From positions 132,432,001 to 132,496,000 of the forward strand of contig OZ024745.1 in NCBI GenBank assembly GCA_964016885.1: 64,000 nt of DNA, written 5' to 3'. This stretch comes from Eledone cirrhosa. Its lineage: Eukaryota. A program made the translations under genes and the position numbers. The notes beneath the pieces are model-generated. The model was not told where the DNA came from, did no database searches, and saw nothing but the letters and a program-made list of their open reading frames with translations. Positions 56,960 to 64,000 of the stretch are shown here, piece by piece. Numbering within the stretch: position 1 is the stretch's first letter; the number at the start of each line of letters is the position of its first letter.

Positions 56960-57680
56960 ATATTTTTTTTCTTCGCTCACTTATTCGTGGGAGGGTCGTG
57001 GGGTCAAAGTCCTGAAACACTCCTTCCAGCGGGTCCTGTCAGAAGAAACCGACTCCACCTGATCCGGCTGGATGCCCGAGTAAGACCAGCCAAGCTCATG
57101 GATATTATCCAAGTATCTTGCTCGGGGTCTACCCCTCGGTATCCTGCCAGTTTTGCCCGTAAAATCTGTCCAGCGATTCCTGAGACATTCTAACCACATG
57201 CCCATAGTATCGGAGCTGTAATCACTCAATTCGGAGAAGAAGTGCCTCTACCTGGAGTGACTCTCTTATCTCTCAGTTATGCATTGTATCGTGTAATGTT
57301 ACTCCAAAGACTTCGGAATATTCCCACTTCGGCCGCTTTTATTCGTGATCGTATACTTTTGGTCATTGCTCAAGATACACGACTATAGGTAAGTGTTGGG
57401 ACGAATACCGAATTGAAGATAGCGAGTTTGGCTTTTGCACCTACCTTCTTCTGATTACTAAATACTGAAGCTGGTGCATCACTACACTAGCTCCTGTCAT
57501 TCTTGCATTTTATTCAGCCTCCTACCTTCCATCAGTCGTCTACACGTCCCCGAGATACTTGAATATCTTTACGTGCTTCAGTGGAGCTCCATCCATATAC
57601 AGAGTGCACTGCGAAGGCCTCCATATACGGACGAGTAGCTCAGTTTTCGAAGCAGTGGTTTTCATTCCTGTGACTATTCA
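56960..57680 (-). mobile_element. RTE-clade LINE 3' fragment
   Basis: FKYLG..NAR..KAKLAIFNSVFVPTLTY..GRPRARYLDNIHELGW; sister of 17630-18200 and of a short + strand piece at ~60020-60130. Confidence 0.85.
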
Positions 57681-57859
57681 GGTGTGTCACCAGAAATGAC
57701 GACGTAGGCGGGAGTCGGTAAATTCACAAGACCCCGCCGTCAGAATGTGTTATGGACTGGGTCCTATTAGGAGGGAGGATTTGCTTTTGAAGCTTAGGCT
57801 GAACGATAGGTTTCTGTGGATGGTGCAAGTTTATATACCAAACAAGCAGTCCGAATACA

Positions 57860-58230
57860 GGCCTTTCCTTGGTGAAGTCACTGCAGCGCTAGATATAGTT
57901 TAAGAGAGTCATATATCCTGATCGGAGACTTCACTGCACATGTTGGCATGATCATCTGACATGGAAAGTAGTGATTAGAAGAAATGGCGACCATGATCCA
58001 AATACAAAATGGAGAGGCCTTGATAAACTTCTGTTCCAGCAATGGATGGAACTCTATTATGAACACCTTCTTCCAGCACAGGGACATCAAGAAATATACA
58101 TGGTATAATGGGAATTAGAGATAGAGATCAATAATTGATTTTGTTATTGTTTCTGATCTCTTTGTTTCTGTGCTGGATATTCATTTATGAGAGGGGCTGA
58201 TCACCATCTAGTGTTCAGATAAATGATGCT
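57860..58230 (+). mobile_element. RTE-clade APE endonuclease fragment
   Basis: ILIGDFTAHVG..NGEALINFC..MNTFFQHRDIKKYTWY..RSIIDFVIVS. Confidence 0.82.
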
Positions 58231-58579
58231 AAATAGAAACCTTTCAATGTGGGAGTCAGACTTTGCCGGTGATGTGTACTGTCACCTCCCCAGTTCATTA
58301 TTTACATGAATAGCTTTGACATGCGGAACCGGTTTGGTTGTGGTGTCATTACTGGTGGGTGTAAAATCAGTTGGCTGAAATATGCAGACAACATTGTGGA
58401 ACTTAACGCAACAAAGGATTATTTCGACTTGCACTTGATGGGTTTGATGCCGAGGTGGTGCATGGGTGGAATACACACACACACACACACACACACACCC
58501 ACATACATATACATATATATATATAAATCAAGAAAGAAGAGTGACATGTTTTGCTATACAATAAGCGCTTTATTCACAT

Positions 58580-58687
58580 CGCTGACAATTGTTTCACTGA
58601 ACTGGTAGGTCTAGAGATCGCTATCCGCCTGTTTTTGCGTCAATCGATCACTAATACTTTGTTATAACTAGTCAGTTCATCAGAGCG
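58580..58687 (-). ncRNA. Type-I HHR, intact core, long stem II insertion
   Basis: CGCT-CTGATGA-ACTGA-(~75 nt)-TCAGT-GAAA-CAATTG-TC/AGCG: perfect stem I, stem II base and palindromic stem III. Confidence 0.87.
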
Positions 58688-59176
58688 TTCGAGAATGGAG
58701 GGAATACACAGGCATGGCTTCTATATATAGTAGTGGCATTAATTAACAATACTAGCAATACTACAGTAAATTAGCTAGACCGTAAATATTTAAAATAATC
58801 ATAACATCAATCTAAGTAAGACATATAGTATACTGATGGCTTTAGCATGTAAAACAAGCTGATACGAAGCAGATGTATGAAATTGACATGTAAAAGCTGT
58901 CATGGGGTGTATTATATATAGTGTAGAGATACCCTGGGGCTTGAAACAATGGACCATTTACTTTACTGTAGGTTTGCTGACCGTAAGAATTATTTATTAT
59001 CTGACAGATAAAATATTTTCATTGTAGTGAGGATGACATTTTTTATGTGGTGTAAAGCGGATTCATTATTTAAGTGGTCTATATTAGATGAATGGATTGT
59101 TAGTTCGAATCATGGGGTTGTTTAGCTTTCACAGCATCAATAACACATCATGCATGGATAAGACAGCAATAATAAT

Positions 59177-59633
59177 AATTGTTTCTACTTTAGGCACAAG
59201 GCCAGCAATTACCCAGTGCATTACTGGTACTTTATTTTATCGACCCCGTAAGGATGAAAGGCAAAGTCAACCTCGGCGGGATTTGAACTCAGATCGTAAA
59301 GGGACTAACTATGCTGGAAAGCATGGCGTCCGACCCTCTACCGATACTGCCAATCCACAGCAACAATAATAATAGCAGCAATATAGTAAGTAAGTTAATA
59401 CAGAGGTTAAGAAGCAAGGTATATATAGAGAGAACATAATGACTACAATTACGGATACATTGGGGTGGTCATTATAACAACAGGGGGAAGGTGATATTTC
59501 AAGGAGTGTGGTAGTAGTCAAATAATTGTTTCTACTTTAGGCACAAGGCCAGAAATTACCATGTCATTACTGGTACTTTATTTTATCGACCCCGTAAGGA
59601 TGAAAGGCAAAGTCAACCTCGGCGTGATTTGAG
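59177..59633 (-). mobile_element. Two Nin-domain SINE copies (59177-59358 and truncated 59523-59633)
   Basis: TSDs ACAGCAA(T/C)AATAATAAT and AGTCAAATAAT. Confidence 0.88.
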
Positions 59634-60487
59634 TCAAATAATGTACTTGGAATTAGGTTCATCTGTTGAGAATCAAGAGTGAGGAAGTTGTGTTGACAGC
59701 AGCCGAGAAGAGATATATTTATGGGTTGATAAGATATTTGCAGACATTACTGTGGTATAGAATTAAGGAGACTAGAAGCTGCTTAAAGAATATTATAGTT
59801 CTGTGGTGGTCTGTGTGAGAGTGCGGATTTCATATGTTGAACGCTAAGTTATGTTGGTTCGAATCACGGTGGCTTAAATCTTGTGAATTTAGTAGCGATC
59901 CTGTGTCTGCAGAAAATTGACCTTTCTATCTTGTTGAGTAGCCTGTTATCGTTCCTAAGGATAACACAACTTCCTCACTCTACTACTACTACTACTACAA
60001 ACACAAAGCTAGAAATTTTATAGTAGGCAAAACCAGCCGAGCAAGATGGTTGGATAACATTCATAAGCTTGGCTGGTCTCGTTTGTGGATCCAGTGATAT
60101 CATTTGGAGATGGTTAGTTCTGACAGAAGAAGTAGAAGAAGAAGAAGAAGAATAAGAAGAAGAATAAGAAGAAGAAGAAGGAGGGTATAGTGTTTCATAT
60201 CCCTATAGTAAATAGGTATTTTGATAGCAGAATGCATATATGCGACACACATCGGGCAAAGTATTTTGTTGGACAGATTTTATCATAACACAATATATGC
60301 CTTAGAAGAAATGATGTCAACTTGGCAGTTCATAACCTTATAGCCAACTTGTTCCTTTCTCCGTTGCTGTCGTTATCGTCGTCATTATGTCGTTATGAGG
60401 TGTTATATGATCGCTGCTGTGTCACATTTGATAGCCTCTCAAGTTACTAATCTAATTGAAATCCGGCTTCTTAATATGAGATTATTA

Positions 60488-60690
60488 ATTGTTTCTACTT
60501 TTGGCACAAGGCCAGCAATTATCCAGTGCATTACTGGTACTTTATTTTATCGACCCCGTAAGGATGAAAGGCAAAGTCAACCTCGGCGGGATTTGAACTC
60601 AGATCGTAAAGGGACGTAACTATGCTGGAAAGCATGGCGTCCGACCCTCTACCGATACTGCCAATCCACCGCCCTGGTGGATTGGCAGTA
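60488..60690 (-). mobile_element. Nin-domain SINE with 5' hairpin extension
   Basis: 15-bp TSD TATGAGATTATTAAT (60475 and 60689); inverted copy of the head TACTGCCAATCCACC lies between the TSD copies. Confidence 0.9.
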
Positions 60691-60799
60691 TGAGATTATT
60701 AATGGACAAGATTTAGGCGTTACCTCAAAAATCGGCTCTGCCTCTAATATATAATGTCATCAACTGTTTCGGCTGCAGTATCTTAACACAAAGAAATAT

Positions 60800-61022
60800 G
60801 TGGAAGGAGCATAACTATAAAATTGTTTGCGGAGCAAAGAGATAGAGTAGACCTATGAATAGCGGAGGCACATTTTATTAGGAAGTGAATGCCTACCCCA
60901 AATCTCCGGAGTGACCTGGACACAAGGAGACACCTGTAAACACACTCCCAGGGGTAATAGATTTTCCAAGCCAGGAAAAATCATGTCTGATGAAGAATTA
61001 TTAATCCAAAACCGCTCACTAT
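60800..61022 (+). mobile_element. PLE 3' end: GIY-YIG C-terminus followed by a degenerate HHR (60983-61022)
   Basis: NYKIV..DRVDL*IAEAHFIRK*MPTPN fits L.I.EA..I....P.LN; then ATGT-CTGATGA-AGAATTATTAATCC-AAAA-CCGC-TC-ACTAT. Confidence 0.65.
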
Positions 61023-62731
61023 CACGTGACCACTATCAAGTAACCACGTCACCGTTCACAGTAACTATACTAACACTAATCCTAACTCTAACTCTAATCT
61101 TAATCCTAATTTGAAGTCTAACATTAACTCTCACGCACTCATCTTTCTACACTTTCACCTTCAGCTATACGAACAGTAAAACACAATAGGTATACCATTT
61201 TAAAACAAGTTTTATTTGGTTTATTGTATATTATTTTATTCTAGTTTATCCCATTCAGCGCCGTATAGTTCACTCTTCTTACCTTGTACCACAGGCACTA
61301 CAATCAACTATATACAATCAACTATATACAATCAACTATATATAGATACAAATATGTTACTTGATATAAACCCACACGTATGATATATAGTATTTAAAAT
61401 AAACTGGTTGGAAGTTTCTCTTACGACGGAGGAATAGAGTTCAATTAAGCTACGATCAGTCAACTTAGCTTTCATATATCTGGGATCTCTAAATTAAGAG
61501 CAATTCAACCCTAAACGTTGTATAATTTATCATCCATCTCTTTTGAAAGATTGACTGTGTCCATTCTTAAAACTATTATACGGAATTACAGGCAATAGAA
61601 TGAGGGAATTGGTAAGAAATGGCATAAAATACGTGGAATATGTAATTATATAAGTTTACGTTGTAATTTTAAACTCTGAAATTACTTCTTTTTTCTATGA
61701 GTAGTAATAGCAATTGAGTGACTAAAGTATATAAAGTGACGGCGTTTGTATTTCTATATATTCCTGTATTTTGGTGAGCTCACTGTCAACTAGTCGTTTG
61801 AGAGTCTGAAATATTTTAAAGTCCCAGTTTCATTTCACCGAGTAATACCAACAAGATTCTCGAGATTCTGAATACCCAGGTAGCTGGAAGTATGACATAG
61901 TTGTACGGCTAAGAACTGGAAGCTAAAGCTCAGTTATCAGAGTGGAAACATCCAATGGTACCAATGCCTATACTATCAGAAATATATCCGGCGCATTTGT
62001 GGTGCATTTCGGAACGAAACCAAATTTGTGGGCTTCATTAAAGTGAGTACATGTCGCTATTTAATAGCCTTGTTAGACACTAAGACTTCATATTAGGGAA
62101 TGCATTTTCCCCATATATATATAGATTAATATCTATTTAATTTACTTTTTATTAATTTTAGAATTCAGTATTTTATGATATTTCATTGCCACCACAAGGA
62201 TTTCCTTATCCTGATATAATTCTCTCATCTTAAATCTTTGAAATATGAGGCATTGCCAGATTTATTATAGCTATAGAGGACTGTCATAACAATCATTGTA
62301 AATTACATAAAAACTATCAACTCAATTATTCACCATATTGTGCATGCATACTCGAGGATGACATTAATTATTTCTAGTGTTGGTTAATCTTCATATTTCC
62401 CCAGCGAGACATATCTGCCCTCCAAGCAGAGGCAGATGTGTAACAAAAATAGTTTGTAGGTTCACAATTCAGAGTAACGTTTCCTTTTCCGTGGTCCGTA
62501 TATATCTGGTGTGATTGTTGATATCTTCCAAACTTTCACACAATTCCATGTATTTTATCTCTGGTCACAACTTGGCTGAGGTTTATTGGTTAGATGTTCC
62601 ATGTGAACATATCCAAATATATGTTTACAGAAAGATTTACATGGTTTCTATGGACAGTTAAACATAAATTCTTGCTGAGAATTAAGTAACTCCTTAAGGG
62701 TCAACATCGTTAGTATTTTGATCGAACACAA

Positions 62732-63015
62732 TCACAGTCTGTGTATAGAAAACCGTAGAGTTTTATCGACAATTCTAATATGGAGCAGGCAAGCTGGTGG
62801 TTTATGGTCATTCCCTTTAAGACTCCTACATATTCCACATTCTACGTAATCTGGTTTCGACTGACGTATGTGTGTAACATTGTTCTTGATTGAGATGGCC
62901 GTTCCACCATTGTAACAGTACATTCTCTCCGAGGAGGTGATTCTGCATGCATAAAGTACGTTCGGGAAGAGGCACTCTCAATTTAGGGGCATGTTCAGGT
63001 TGTATACAGTTGAAG
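62732..63015 (-). pseudogene. PLE GIY-YIG endonuclease fragment
   Basis: NC..PLN*ECLFPNVLYACRITSSERMYCYNGGTAISIK..H fits CNC..CPL.G.CL...VY.A....Y.G.T...K...H. Confidence 0.65.
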
Positions 63016-63402
63016 ATGTTTTCATTATAGGTTGTCCCTTTTTTACTTTTGGTAATTTCGTAGGGAAAACATGTACTTAGGCCACTGTTTGGTGGATATT
63101 GCAGTGAGTTACTGTATTGACTGGTGTTGGCTGTCCTTCCTCAGGGCCTTTAAATTCCATTGTTTGTTTTGATATAATTCACATTCAACTCTATCATGGT
63201 GTTATTGGTTTAATGTGAGTTATTTGGTTATTTAACTTGTCACTTCTGGCACTCAGATTTCATATTTATAGTTTACACTTTATTGATGGAATGTAATCTC
63301 TTAGATTTGAGGTAGTAGTATAGGGTTATTGAATATATATATATATAGGGGGGGGGGGTGTTGGTACTTGTTCACATGTATTTGTATTATTTCAAGAAAG
63401 AA

Positions 63403-63610
63403 TACTCTACTAATCCACCAGGGCGGTTGATTGGCAGTATCGGTAGAGAGTCGGACACCATGCTTTGAAGCATAGAGTTACGTCACTTTATGATCTGAGT
63501 TCAAATCCCGCGGAGATTAACTTTGCCTTTCATCCTTACGGGGTCGATAAAATAAAGTACCAGTAATGTACTGGGTAATTGCTGGCCTTGTGCCAAAAAT
63601 AGAAACAATT
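63403..63610 (+). mobile_element. Nin-domain SINE with 5' hairpin extension
   Basis: 17-bp TSD ATTATTTCAAGAAAGAA (63386 and 63608); TACT..AATCCACC-A-GGGCGGTTGATTGGCAGTA at the 5' end. Confidence 0.88.
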
Positions 63611-64000
63611 ATTTCAAGAAAGAAATTAGCATAGAGGTGAAGTGATATTTACAATTTGCAAAATTAGATTATTATATAAATTTAAAATTACATACAACAA
63701 TCTAAATCTTAAAAAAATAAACAACTTTAACAAAGAAGTAAGATCGTAAATATGACTTCTTATTTTAAATATGTTTTTAGACATTTTTTCTCTGTCTAAT
63801 TTTTATGGGACTATGACGGAAGATAAAAACCTTGACTGAGTTACAATGAAATCAAATGAATAGATGAACAAAAATCATTTCTATGAAGAATTGTTTCTTA
63901 ATTTTTGTGAGTCTTTTTCATTTTTGTCAACCACGTCTGCGGAAAAACTATTTTCATAGACTTTTGAAAGAAAATGTCAGGTGAGGACATTTTGATGGTT

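Overview
AT-rich, microsatellite-dense eukaryotic DNA, most likely from an octopod cephalopod (inferred from the dominant tRNA-headed Nin/Deu-domain SINE and a CORE-like SINE). It is almost entirely intronic/intergenic transposon debris: decayed RTE-type LINEs, two nested R4/Dong-type fragments in (TAA)n, a Tx1/L1-like remnant, mariner, Chapaev3, Helitron and MITE remnants, Penelope-like (PLE) RT and GIY-YIG fragments, more than a dozen SINE copies and two minisatellites. Two in-frame spliced exons (23013-22915, 22126-21942, minus strand) suggest the 5' end of an unidentified host gene. The strongest signal is invisible to the ORF track: about 15 type-I hammerhead ribozyme (HHR) motifs, several with intact cores, in many unrelated short non-coding repeat families. 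These families usually sit in (TA)n tracts and are often built as fold-backs. The best example is a 482-bp head-to-tail dimer with one HHR per unit and an inverted end (55835-56906), the architecture expected of a PLE-mobilised retrozyme that could yield circular RNA. All structures were read by eye, coordinates are approximate to a few bases, and ribozyme activity is untested.
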